64,000 bases of DNA from assembly GCF_035084215.1 (NCBI RefSeq), contig NC_090360.1, positions 16,740,001 through 16,804,000 on the forward strand, in the 5' to 3' direction. Shown here piece by piece: positions 12,202 to 24,390 of this stretch. Below the pieces are notes generated by a model. The model searched no databases. It was not told where the DNA came from and worked only from the letters and a program-made list of their open reading frames with translations. The position numbers and the translations under genes were made by a program. Numbering within the stretch: position 1 is the first letter of the stretch; the number at the start of each line of letters is the position of its first letter. The stretch is from Heptranchias perlo. Taxonomy: Eukaryota.

Positions 12202-13443
12202 AATGTAACTCTACCATTGACGGGCAGGAAAAGACCTGCTGGTCCATCAAGCCTGCCCCACACTCATGATGGCTGGAACATCATGGATTGGCACTTCCTA
12301 TGTCCCACCCCCACCCCCACAGCCATGTAATCTCCTGGGAGAGGCAAAAAGAGAGAAAAATTCGTGGTTCTCGAAAGTACTCTGGAAAATTCCTTTATGA
12401 CCCCCTCAGGCAATCGTTACCAGTTCAGAAGACTACATGGACCAAGTGTTATCTACGATGCAATCTCTAACCCAGTCAAGAACCAGTCTAGCTCCCTCTT
12501 GAAGGCATGCAGAGAGTCAGCACTCACCACACCAGCCAACAATGCATTCCAGAGGCTCACTGCTCTCTGGGAAAAGAAGAACCACCTAATATCCAGTCTA
12601 TTCCTAGTCTTGCATGGTTTAAATGCATGTCCCGTGGTCCTCCTCAATCTTTCAAACTGGAACAATTTATCAATAGGCATGCTATCCAGCCCTTTCATTA
12701 TTTTATAAACCTCTATCAGGTCACCTCTTAGACTACGCGGCTCTAAAGTAAATAGATCCAGCTCCTTAAGCCTATCTGAGTAATTGAAGTTCTTTTAAGT
12801 TAGGAATCGCTCTCCTCTGAATCTTTTCCAAGGCCACTGTGAGGGGACCAAAATTGGGCACAGTACTCCAGATGCGGTCTAACCAGTGACCTGTATAATG
12901 ACAGAATGGTGTCCTTTGATTTGTACTGAATAGTTCTAATAATACAACCCAATACCCTGTTAGCTTTAGCTACAGCTTCTCTGCATTGGTCATGAACCTT
13001 CAGTGATCTGTGCACAATAACACCTGGATCTTTTTCTCTCAACCTCTTTCAGCATTATTCCCTGTAAATGATGTGTACTTTGTATTGGTCTTGCTGCCAA
13101 CACCGCTGTCCAGGTCATTAATAAAAACAGTGAACAGTAGCAGGCCTAGGACCAATCCCAGGGGGACACCACTAGTAACGTGCCTCCTGGCTGAACCACA
13201 TCCATTAACGACAACGTTTTGTCTGTGGGATTGGAGCCAATTCCTAATCCAGCATATCAAATTTCCACTGATACCACAAGATTCTATTTTCTGAAGTAAC
13301 CTATTGTGAGGTACCTTATCAAAAGCTTTCTGAAAGTCCAGGTAGACAATGTCTACCAGATTTCCCTCATCCACTACCATAGTGAATTCTTCAAAAAATT
13401 CAGTCAAGTTTGTAAGACATCACCTTTTCAGAAGCTGTGCTGA
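12202..13443 (-). mobile_element. CR1 LINE (RT to 3' end), decayed
   Basis: ORFs with [33 protein letters not shown] and FFSQRAVSLWNAL. Confidence 0.95.
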
Positions 13444-16400
13444 ACATAGGAACATGAGTAGACCATTTAGCCTCTCATGCCTTTCCCGCCATTCAATGAG
13501 ATCATGGCTTATCTGTGACCTAACTCCATATACTCACCTTAGCCCCATATCACTTGATTGCTTTGGTTAACAAAAATCTATCAATCTCAGATTTAAAATT
13601 AACAATTGAGCTAGCATCAACTGCTGTTTGTGGAAGAGAGTTCCAAACTTCTACCACCCTTTGCATGTAGAAGTGTTTCCTAACTTCACTCCTGGAAGTC
13701 CTGGCTCTAATATTTAGGCTATGTCCCCTAGTCCTAAACTCCCCAACCAGCAGAAATAGTTTTTCTCTATCTACCCTATCAGTTCTCCTTAATATCTTGA
13801 AAACTTTGATAAATCACCCCTTAACCTTCTAAATTCCAGGAAATACAACCCTAGTTTGTGTAATCTCTCCTCGTAATTTAACCCTTGGAGTCCAGCTGTC
13901 ATTCTTGTAAATCTACATTGCACTCCCTCCAAGGCCAATATATCCTTCCTAAAGTGCGGTGCCCAGAACTGAACACAGTACTCTGGTCTAACCAGAGCTT
14001 TATATAGCTGCAGCATAACTTCTATCCCCTTATATTCTACTCCTCTAGATATAAAGGCCAGCATTCCATTAGCCTTTTTAATTATTTTCCCTGTACCTGT
14101 CCCTGTCATTTTAATGATGATCTATGTACATGGACTCTAAGTCTCTTTGGACCTCCACTGTTTCGAGATTTTCCCCATTTAGAAAGTATCTGATCTATCC
14201 TTTACAGGTCCAAAATGGATGACCTCACCCCTGCCTACAATGAAATCCATTTGCCACAGTTTTGCCCATTCAGTTAATCTATTAATATCTTTCTATAATT
14301 TTATGCATCCATTTACATTGCTTACAATGCTGCCTATCTTTGTGTCATTGGCAAACTTGGATATGTGGCTCTCTATCCTGACATCTAAGTCATTAATAAA
14401 TACAGTGAATAGTTGAGGCCCCAACACAGATCCCTGTGGGACACCACTAGTCACATCCTGCCATTATGAGTATCTGCCCATTATCCCTACTCTCTGTCTC
14501 CTGCCGCTCAGCCAATTTCCTAACCAGGTCAATAATTTGCCCTCAATTCCATGAGCTTCAACTTTAGCTAACAGTCTTTTATGAGGGACTTTATCGAATG
14601 CCTTCTGGAAGTCCATATAAACAACATCCATAGGCATTCCCCTGTCCACTACTTTAGTCACCTCTTCAAAAAAATTCAATCAGGTTCGTCAGGCATGACC
14701 TACCCTTTACAAATCCATGCTGGCTCTCTCTAATCAGCTGAAAATATTCAAGGTGTTCAGTCACTCAATCCTTAATTAAAGACTCTAGTAATTCCCGACA
14801 ACAGTTGTCAGGCTAACTGGTTTATAATTCCCTGGTTTCCCTCTCTCACCTTTCTTAAATAGCAGAGTGACATGTGCAATTTTCCAATCTAAAGGAATGG
14901 TTCCTGAATCAAGAGAACTTTGGGAGATTATAGTTAGGGCTTCTGCAATGTTCTCACCTATTTCCTTTAAAACCCTGGGATGGAAACCATCTGGTCCTGG
15001 GGACGTGTCAGCCTTTAGTGCCATTATTTTCTTCATTACCGTTAATTTGCTTACGTTAATTAGGGTGAGTCCCATCCCCGATTCAAAATTAGTTTCCTTG
15101 GGGTATCCAGCATGCTATCTTCTTCCTCTACTGTAAATGCGGACGCAAAACAATTATTTAACATGTCCGCCATTTCCTTATTTTCATTTACAATATCACC
15201 ATTATCAGTTTTTAAGGGGCCCACATTGCTCTTGACCACCCTCTTTTTCCTAATGTAATTGTAAAAGTTGTGTGTGTTGATTTTAATATCCCTTGCAAGT
15301 TCCTTTTCATACTTCCTTTTTGTAGTTCCTACTATCTGTTTTGTCACCCTTTGCATCTCTCCCAGTTGCCAGGATCTGTGCTATTTTTTGCATTTTTGTA
15401 TGCTTTTTCTCTTAATTTTATATTGTCCCTTATCTCTTTTGTTGTCCATGGCTTTTTTTTTGGCAAGTAGAGCTCTTGCCACTTAGGGCTATAAACTGGT
15501 TCTGTATCATGTTAAGATATTTTTTGAACACCTCCCACTGATCTTCTGTCATTTTACCCATTAACAGATTTGCCCAGTTTACTGTGGACAGTCTCTGGCT
15601 CATCCTGTTGACGTCGGCCGAACCTAAATTTAGGATCTTAGTAGCTGTTACGGGTTTGTCCTTTTCAAACATAACGTTGAACTCGATCATATTATGACCG
15701 CTATTAGATAAATGTTCACGCACCTTTAGGCTGTTAACTAAATCTGGCTCATTATTCATTATTAAATGTAATCTGGACATAATGTTGCAGAAAGCTATCC
15801 TGAACACACTCAAGAAACTTATTACCTTTCTGACATGACCTCGTCTGCTTATTCCAATGTATATGAAAGTTAAAATCCCCCACTAAAACCGCTCTGCCTT
15901 TGCTACATGCTTATCTAATCCCTGTATTTATATATTCTGCCACTTAACAGCTGCTACCAGGAGGCCTATACACAACTCCCACTAGAGTCTTAAATCCTTA
16001 TTTGGGCCAAACACCCTAACCTGTCCTTCTGCTCTAATGTTTTTCTTACACATTTCTTATTTCCCTCTGCTGATTTAATTACTTTGCATCTTTCATTTTT
16101 CCCTTTACCTGTAGTGCCTAGAGCATAATTGCTGATTATTACTCTACTCTCTTCCTTTGCGTTTGTTTTAGACTTATTACACATACTACAATCCCTACTG
16201 CCACTTCCCTCAAGACCCTAGGATGGCTTCCATCCTAGGGTCTTGAGGGAAGTGGCAGTAGGGATTGTGGATGCTTTGGTGATAGTTTTCCAAAATTCCC
16301 TGGACTCAGGAGAGGTCCCGGCAGATTGGAAAACTGCTAATGTAACACCGTTATTTAAAAAGGGTAGTAGGCAGAAGGCTGGAAATTATAGGCCAGTTAG

Positions 16401-18570
16401 CTTAACATCTGTGGTGGGTAAAATTTTGGAGTCTATTATTAAGGAGACAGTAACGGAACATTTAGATAAGCATAATTTAATAGGACAAAGTCAGCATGGC
16501 TTCATGAAGGGGAAGTCATGTCTGACAAATTTGCTTGAGTTCTTCGAGGATATAACGTATAGGGTGGATAAAGGGGAACCAGTGGACGTAGTGTATTTAG
16601 ACTTCCAGAAGGCATTCGACAAGGTGCCACATAAAAGATTATTACTTAAGATAAAAAATCACAGGATTGGGGGTAATATTCTGGCATGGGTGGAGGATTG
16701 GTTATCAAACAGGAAGCAGAGAGTTGGGATAAATGGTTCATTTTCGGACTGGCAACCAGTAACCAGTGGTGTTCCACAGGGGTCGGTGCTGGGTCCCCAA
16801 CTCTTTACAATCTATATTAACGATTTGGAGGAGGGGACCGAGTGCAACATATCAAAATTTGCAGATGATACAAAGATGGGAGGGAAAGTAGAGAGTGAGG
16901 AGGACATAAAAAACCTGCAAGGGGATATAGACAGGCTGGGTGAGTGGGCGGAGATTTGGCAGATGCAATATAATATTGGAAAATGTGAGGTTATGCACTT
17001 TGGCAGGAAAAATCAGAGAGCAAGTTATTTTCTTAATGGCGAGAGACTGGAAAGTACTGCAGTACAAAGGGATCTGGGGGTCCTAGTGCAAGAAAATCAA
17101 AAAGTTGGTATGCAGGTGCAGCAGGTGATCAAGAAAGCCAACGGAATGTTGGCTTTTATTGCTAGGGGGATAGAATATAAAAACAAGGAGGTATTGCTGC
17201 AGTTATATAAGGTATTGGTGAGACCGCACCTGGAATACTGCATACAGTTTTGGTCTCCATACTTAAGAAAAGACATACTTGCTCTCGAGGCAGTACAAAG
17301 AAGGTTCACTCGGTTAATCCCGGGGATGAGGGGGCGGACATATGAGGAGAGGTTGAGTAGATTGGGACTCTACTCATTGGAGTTCAGAAGAATGAGAGGC
17401 GATCTTATTGAAACATATAAGATTGTGAAGGGTCTTGATCGGGTGGATGCAGTCAGGATGTTCCCAAAGATGGGTGAAACTAGAACTAGGGGGCATAATC
17501 TTAGAATAAGGGGCTGCTCTTTCAAAACTGAGATGAGGAGAAACTTCTTCACTCAGAGGGTGGTAGGTCTGTGGAATATGCTGCCCCAGGAAGCTGTGGA
17601 AGCTACATCATTAGATAAATTTAAAACAGAAATAGACAGTTTCCTAGAAGTAAAGGGAATTAGGGGTTATGGGGAGCGGGCAGGAAATTGGACATGAAGC
17701 TGAGTTCGGATCGGTCAATGCCCTGTGGGTGGCGGAGAGGGCCCAGGGGCTATGTGGCCGGGTCCTGCTCCGACTTCTTGTGTTCTTTAGATTTGTGGTT
17801 GGGATCAGATCAGCCATGATCTTATTGAATGGCGGAGCAGGCTCGAGGGGCCGATTGGCCTACTCCTGCTCCAATTTCTTATGTTCTTATGTTCTTATGT
17901 ACATTTTCCACCTGACATCACCCCCCCTCCATTTAATAGTTTAAAGTCCTTGTGACCACCCTATTTATTCTTTCCACAGACCTTGGTCCCAGCCTGTCCC
18001 AATGGTACAGTACATTCCTGTCCCAGTACTGGTGCCAGTGTCCCATGAAATGGAACCCCTCTTTCCCACACCACTCCTTCAGCCACGTGTTCGCCTCCCT
18101 AATCTGCTTATCCCTACACCAATTTGCAGGTAGCTCAGGTAATAATCCAGAGATTATAACCCTTGTGGTCCTGTGTTTTTAATTTAGCTCCTAGCACTCT
18201 CTGAACAAGACCCCTTGCCTACTCTTTCCTATGTTATTGGTCCAAACATGGACCATAACAACTGGATCCTCCCCCTCACTCTCCAATATCCTTTCAAGCC
18301 GTTTCAAGATGTCCCTCATCCTGGCACCAGGTAGGCAACATACCATGTAGGACTCTTGATCCTGCTTACAAAGGATGCTATCTGTCCCCCTAATTATTGA
18401 ATCCCCAAAAGCTACCACACCACGCTCCTCCTCCTCCCCCTCCCCCTTTGGACAGCCTCCTGCTCCAGGACGTCGTCGTCAGCATTCTGGCTGTCCTTCC
18501 GACTGTCTTTATCCTTATCCTCACAGGTAGCAAGTACATTGTACCCCTGTTGGATAGGATCAGTTTCTGC
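13444..18570 (-). mobile_element. Near full-length decayed CR1 LINE (ORF1 esterase, ORF2 endonuclease-RT), interrupted at about 16188-17898
   Basis: ORF1 SGNH-esterase motifs GDSIIRGTD...CCLPGA...VMVHVWTNNIG (18191-18418); endonuclease end EHLSNSGHNMIEF; RT SPGPDGFHPRVLKE and [13 protein letters not shown]; 3' tail at about 13444. Confidence 0.93.
16221..17898 (+). mobile_element. Young 5'-truncated CR1 LINE with uninterrupted 484-aa RT frame (16243-17697)
   Basis: No stops; GVPQGSVLGP, SKFADD and [13 protein letters not shown] motifs; (atgttctt)n tail. Confidence 0.97.
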
Positions 18571-18849
18571 GGATCCTCATTATCTCACCTGGGTTCTCCT
18601 TACTCCGTCCACTATCGGAGTAAGGAGAACCCAGGTCTGAAGCGAACTATCCAGATATTCCTCTCCCCCCGACCACCCTCTCAAGTACTGGAGTATTTCT
18701 AACGGCCCCTTCTCTTTCCCAGTGATCATTAAGGCCATTTCTTGTATTCCAGAAGTATCAGAAATGACTATATGCAATACAGCTATGCCTTAATACATGT
18801 TAAAATCTTCAACTACAGATAGCCACTTACAATTTGTAGAATTGATTAT

Positions 18850-18950
18850 AGGCTGGCTCGATAGATTTTTGTTAGGTAAGGGTATCAAGGGATATGGATC
18901 TAAGGCGGTAAATGAAGTTGAGGTTAAGATCAGCCATGATCTAATTGATC
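18850..18950 (+). mobile_element. CR1 3' fragment
   Basis: gatagatttttgttaggtaagggtatcaagggatatgg...gatcagccatgatctaattga. Confidence 0.75.
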
Positions 18951-19939
18951 ACACTATATATTCCTTCTTTAAGTATGAAAATTGAAGTTTCAAGCCATCT
19001 AACTATTCATGCAGATCAGGCAACTTGTAATCGTGGCAGCTTTTCAATTTTAATATCACTTATACTGAGACCATAAAAATGCATTCAAAGAAACAGAAAA
19101 TACAGTTCAGGTATCAGTGAGGATAAATTTTAAAAACAACCGCTCAAAAAAGGCAATAGGACACCAGAAAAATGACTGTTTCCTGCTGCACCTGAAAATC
19201 TGGTCGTAATTTGAAGAAAGCCTCTGAACAATCGCAATTGCAGGAAACTTGTAGATGAGGCTCTCTAACTTGGGCATGGGGCCAGTTTTCTGGGCAGAAA
19301 TTTGTTCGGGCAGAGGGATCGATTGATGATCGAGGAGGTTTGGGCGTATTGTACCCATGCAAATTCTGCAACATTTTAGGTTGCATATTTGATTTGTACC
19401 CCAGTTATGTGTGTCTCTGGGCACCAATTCAAAACCCCTTACATCAGAAACCATTTGGAGTTATTTTCCTTATCCAAACTTTGCTGGTATGACCATCATC
19501 GAAAATAAGTCACTCCTCTCCCAAATGTATTAAGATTTTTTGTTGCCATATGGAAAGTCTGGGCACACAGTGACTAATTTTCAAATTTAAAAACGAAACT
19601 ACATTTTGATGCACTTGTACAGTTTTCCATCGTCCACCTCCGCCTAGCACAGTTTTCAAAATCTATAGTGCCAGAAGAAAACAAATTCGGCACTCCCATT
19701 TAAGAAATTAAAGCAGGCCTGAGTATGGGGGGGGGGGGGGGGGAAGTCAGGATTTAACTAAAAGCAACTTCACCATAACTTGCATTAACTCTAACACGAA
19801 CAGAAACGGATGAACACCACCTTATGGCACCCCCCAAAAAAAATGAACTGAAAAAAAAGGCTGCAAGCGGTTTTATGCCCTTGGAAAGGACAGGCTTTGT
19901 CTCCCTTTACCCAGGGGCAGCTTGTGTTAAAGGAGAAGC

Positions 19940-20190
19940 CGAGGCCACTTTTAAGAGGAAGCCGCGGTGTCTTCCCCCTCCCCAGCTGACTCTTACCGCA
20001 CATTCTTTTTTTCGAACGTTCAGACTCCTTTGTCACCGCTGTTGCTGCGCGACCTCTCGTAACTTTCTGTCACAACATTCTACGTGCGGAAGATTTCCCC
20101 CCTCACGTCACAGCGGCCGCTCCACCTTCATCAGGCGCGCCCGGTGACGATGGATGAGTTGCTGTGGGCCTGGCCTGGCCTGGCCTCTGC
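19940..20190 (-). promoter_or_regulatory. GFPT promoter/5'UTR CpG-rich region with UPRE-like TGACGTGA (20103-20110) and HRE-like TACGTGC (20081-20087)
   Basis: Local CpG enrichment (gcggccgc, ggcgcgcc) around the ATG exon; motifs read directly from the sequence. Confidence 0.7.
19997..20003 (-). CDS. GFPT1: GFPT (GFAT) coding exon 1: Met-Cys-(Gly), Ntn nucleophile Cys
   Basis: Minus strand aaaagaATGTGCG|gtaagag inside a CpG-rich patch. A 7-nt first coding exon is the vertebrate GFPT layout, and phase 1 joins exon 2 to give [10 protein letters not shown]. Paralog identity uncertain (GFPT1-like). Confidence 0.9.
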
Positions 20191-20749
20191 TTGCACAGAT
20201 GGCGTGCTATAATCTGCATTGTTGCCTTCTCTCTCTTTCTGTCGCATGTCAAGATTTACTGAATCTATTTGTTCTACATGTGGTTGTTTTGCTGTTGTCA
20301 TATTCTCCTTGAAATGGCTCAAAGTTTCAACGAGTTTCCATCCGTTCTCCCTTATTTCCTAAAAAAAAATAACAAAAGGGAGCTGACCTAATAATAGGGG
20401 GATGCTACCTCAATATTTAGTGGGCAAATGCATCAGCTAGTACTGGCCGAGCAGACGACTAACCAGCCTTGCTCAGTGTGGAGGCTGTTTATTTTGATTA
20501 AGGGCTCAAAAAAAAGGGATCAGATTTTAAAATTTAGGATTAAACACTGCTGCTCTTTCTGGAAGAAAATGGGATAGTGGAATGTTGTGAGAAAGGGGTT
20601 CAGATCAGGAAAGGGTCCAGAAATGTCCAACTGGGCAGTGATTCAAGTACAACAGTCGTACAGAAGCCCACCAAAGGCAAGTGTCTTCTTGATTCCTAAT
20701 CATGGGCAGTACATCAAATAACAGCGCAATAGAGGGACCAGCATCCTGC

Positions 20750-21082
20750 TTTGTACAGCACAGCAACTCGCTAAGGCTTCTTCGACAGCACCTCCCAAAC
20801 CCGCGACCTCTACCACCTAGAAGGACAAGGGCAGCAGACGTATGGGAACACCATCACCTGCACGATCCCCTCCAAGTCACACACCGTCCTGACTTGGAAA
20901 TATATCGCCGTTCCTTCATCGTTTCTGGGTCAAAATCCTGGAACTCTCTTCCTAACAGCACTGTGAGAGAACCTTCACCACACAGAAGGCGGCTCACCAC
21001 CACCTTCTCAAGGGCAATTAGGGATGGGCAATAAATGCTGGCCTTGCCAGTGACACCCACATCCCATGAATAAATTTAAAAA
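20750..21082 (+). mobile_element. 3' end of a second LINE family (CR1/L2 group, same family as 33170-35135)
   Basis: RRSFIVSGSKSWNSLPNS and tail aaggcggctcaccaccaccttctcaagggcaattagggatgggcaataaatg. Confidence 0.85.
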
Positions 21083-21189
21083 ATTACTCACTTTACCATT
21101 AGCCAAGATTTTTTTTAAATCCCCAAATTATGCTTAATTAGCTTTGCCTTGCTTGCTGATTTTTGACCATTTAAAAATATTTTTGTCAT

Positions 21190-23832
21190 TAATATGTCAT
21201 TTCAGAAAGACAGGCAGAATGGAAAAGGAGGGATGGTAGCTCTGATAATAAAGGATGACATAAGGACAATAGTGAGACAGGACCTTGGCTCGGAAGATCA
21301 GCAAGTAGTATCAGTATTGGCAGAGATAAGAAATAACAAGGGGCAGAAAACACTGGTGGGAGTAGTTTATAGGCCCCCTAACTGTAGTTATACCGATGGA
21401 CAGAGTATTAATCAAGAAATATTAGGAGCTTGTAACAAAGGTAATGCAATAACCCCAGGGGATTTTAATTGGCAAAGGTAGCCTGAAGGACGAATTAATG
21501 GAATGCATTCGAGACAGCTTCCTAGAACAATACGTCATGGAACCAACCAGGGAACAGGCCATTTTAAATCTTGTAATGTATAATAAGACAGGATTAATTA
21601 GTAATCTCATAGTAAAGGATTCTCTGGGGAAGAGTGATCATATGATAGAATTTCACATTGAGTTTGAGGGTGACATACTTGAGTCGGAAACTAGAGTCTT
21701 AAACTTAAATAAAGCCAATTATATAAGTATGAGGGGTGAGCTGGCTAAGGTAGATTGGGAAATTAGATTAAAAGGTATGACAGTAGATAAGCAGTGACAG
21801 ACATTTAATAAATAAAAATTCCATTGAGAAATAAAAACTTCACGGGGAAAGTGATCTATCCGTGGCTAACGAAAGAAGTTAAGGATAGTATTAGATTAAA
21901 AGAAGAGGCTTATAATGTTGCAAAGAATAGTAGTAAAAACCAGCAAAGGATGACCAAAAAATTGATAAAAGGGAGAAAATAGAATATGAGAGTAAATTTG
22001 CAAGAAATATAGAAACAGATTGTAAGAGCTTCTACAAGTATGTAAAAAGGAAGCGAGTAGCAAAAGTAAATGTTGGTCACTTGGAGGCTGAGACAGCAAA
22101 AATTATAATATGGAATAAGGAAATGGCAGACATGTTAAACAAATATTTTGTATCTGTCTTCACAGTGGAAGACACAAAAAGCATACCAAAAATAGTGGGG
22201 AACCAAGGAGATAATGAGAGTGAGGAACTTAAAGCAATTAATATCAGTAGAGAAAAAAGACTAGATAAACTAATGGGACTAAAAGCCGACCAATCCCCTG
22301 GGCCTGATGGACTACATCCTAGGGTTCTAAAAGAGGTGGCTGCAGAGTTAGTGGATGCATTGGTTGTGATCTTCCAAAATTCCCCAGATTCTAGAATGGT
22401 CCCAGCAGATTGGAAGGTAGCAAATGTAACTCCGCTATTCGAGAAAGGAGGGAGAGAGAAAACAGGGAGCTACAGATCAGTTAGCCTGACATCAGTCATA
22501 GAGAAAATGCTGGATTTCATTATTAAGGACGTGGCAACAGGGCACTTAGAGAATCGCAATATGATTAGGCAGAGTCAACATGGTTTTATGAAAGGGAAAT
22601 TGTGTTTAACAAATTTATTAGAGTTCTTTGAGGATGTAACTAGGAGGGTGGATAAAGGGGAACCAGTGGATGTAGTATATTTGGATTTTCAAAAGGCATT
22701 CTATAAGGTGCCACAAAAATGGTTGTTACGCAAGATAAGGGCTTATGGGGTTAGGGGGCAATATATTAGCATGGATAGAGGATTGGTTAACAAACAGAAA
22801 ATAGAGAGTAGGGATAAACGGGTCATTTTCAGGTTGGCAAGCTGTAACTAATAGGTTGCCGCAGCTATTTACAATCTATACTAATGTCTTAGATGAAGGG
22901 ACCGAATGTAACGTATCCAAGTTTGCTGACGATGTAAAGGTAGGTAGGAAAGTTAGCTGTGAGAAAGACACAAGGAGTCTGCAAAGGGATATAGACAGGT
23001 TAAGTGAGCGGGCAAGAAGGTGGCAGATGGAGTATAATGTGGGGAAATGTGAGGTTATTCACTTTGGTAGGGATATTTTTTAACTGGTGAGAAACTATTA
23101 AATGTTAGTGTTCAGAGAGATCTGGGTTTCCTCGTACAAGAAACATAGAAAGTTAGCATGCAGGTACAGCAAACAATTAGGAAGGCAAATGGCAGGTTGG
23201 CCTTTATTACAAGGGGGTTGGAGTTCAAGAGTAAGGAAGTCGTGCTACAATTGTACAGAGCTTTGGTGATACTACACCTGGAGTACTGTGCACAGTTTTG
23301 GTCTCCTTATCTAAGGAAGGATATACTTACCTGAGAGGCGGTCCAATGAAGGTTCACTAGATTGATTCCTGGGATGAGAGGCCTGTCCTACGATGAGAGA
23401 TTGAGTAAAATGGGCCTATATTTTCTGGAGTTTAGAAGAATGAGAAGTGATCACATTGAAACATATAAGATTCTGAGGGGGCTTGACAGGGTAGATGCTG
23501 AGAGGTTGTTTCCCTGGCTGGAGAGTCTAGAACTAGGGGGCATAGTCTCAGGATAAGGGGTTGCCATTTAAGACTGAGATGAGGAGGAATTTCTTCACTT
23601 AGAGGGTTGTGAATCTTTCGAATTCTGTACCCCAGAAGGCTGTGAATGCTGAGTCGTTGAGTATTTCCAAGACTGAGATAGATAAGACTTTTGGACTCTA
23701 GGGAAATCAAGGGATATCAGGATGGGGCAGGAAAGTGGAGTTGAGGTAGAAGATCAGTCATGATCTTATTGAATGGTGGAGCAGGCTCGATGGGCCGTAT
23801 GGCCTACTCCTGCTCCAATTTCTTTTGTTCGT
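21190..23832 (+). mobile_element. CR1 LINE, ORF2 endonuclease-RT to 3' end, frameshifted
   Basis: GVVYRPPN, GDFN, LGKSDH, SPGPDGLHPRVLKE and SKFADD motifs; 3' ggcctactcctgctccaatttct. Confidence 0.95.
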
Positions 23833-24039
23833 TAGTCTCATTTGCAAAATTTAATCAGTTGTGGAGATCTGCTGAATATTTCCTTAAAAGCACCTAATTT
23901 AAATTTCTATCTCGGTTGCGGGCATTTAAAGTTGTCATTTCACGAAACAATTGAAGCAGAGTTGTGCCTGTTACCTGCTTGGAGTAAAATGCATGTCAGC
24001 ATTAAGTTCATAGAAGTTACAACTGCCATTAAGCCCAAC

Positions 24040-24390
24040 TAGTCCATGTTCCCATATCCCTTTATCTTCATCCATCTATTTAATCTCATCTTGAATGTTG
24101 ACATACTTTCTGCCTCATTCACTGATCCCAGAAGTGAATTCCACAGCCTCATAACTCGGTGTAAAGAAGTTTTCTTGTTCTCTGTTCTAAATCTATTACT
24201 TTCAATGTTGTAATTATACCCTCCCTGTCCAGGCCCCTCAACTACTGAAAACAGTCTGCTTCTAAATACTGTGTCCCATTCTTTCATAATTTTAATTTCT
24301 GTCATATCATCCCATAATCTGTGTTGTTCGAACAAAAAAGCCCTAATTTTTCAGGTCTTTCTTTCCTCATACCAGGCAGCAGCCTAGTGA
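24040..24390 (-). mobile_element. Old CR1 3' fragment
   Basis: RVMRLWNSLLGSVNEAESMSTFKMRLNRWM. Confidence 0.75.

Noticed and set aside
16243-17697. 484-aa RT ORF as a domesticated host gene or retron
   Set aside because: 5'-truncated CR1 ORF2 with no true ATG or endonuclease, ends in a CR1 tail, and is nested in another LINE.
19791-20036. N-terminally extended GFPT (MTKESERSKKR-MCG)
   Set aside because: Starts at GTG. An extension would block the N-terminal Cys nucleophile, and the downstream ATG has A at -3.
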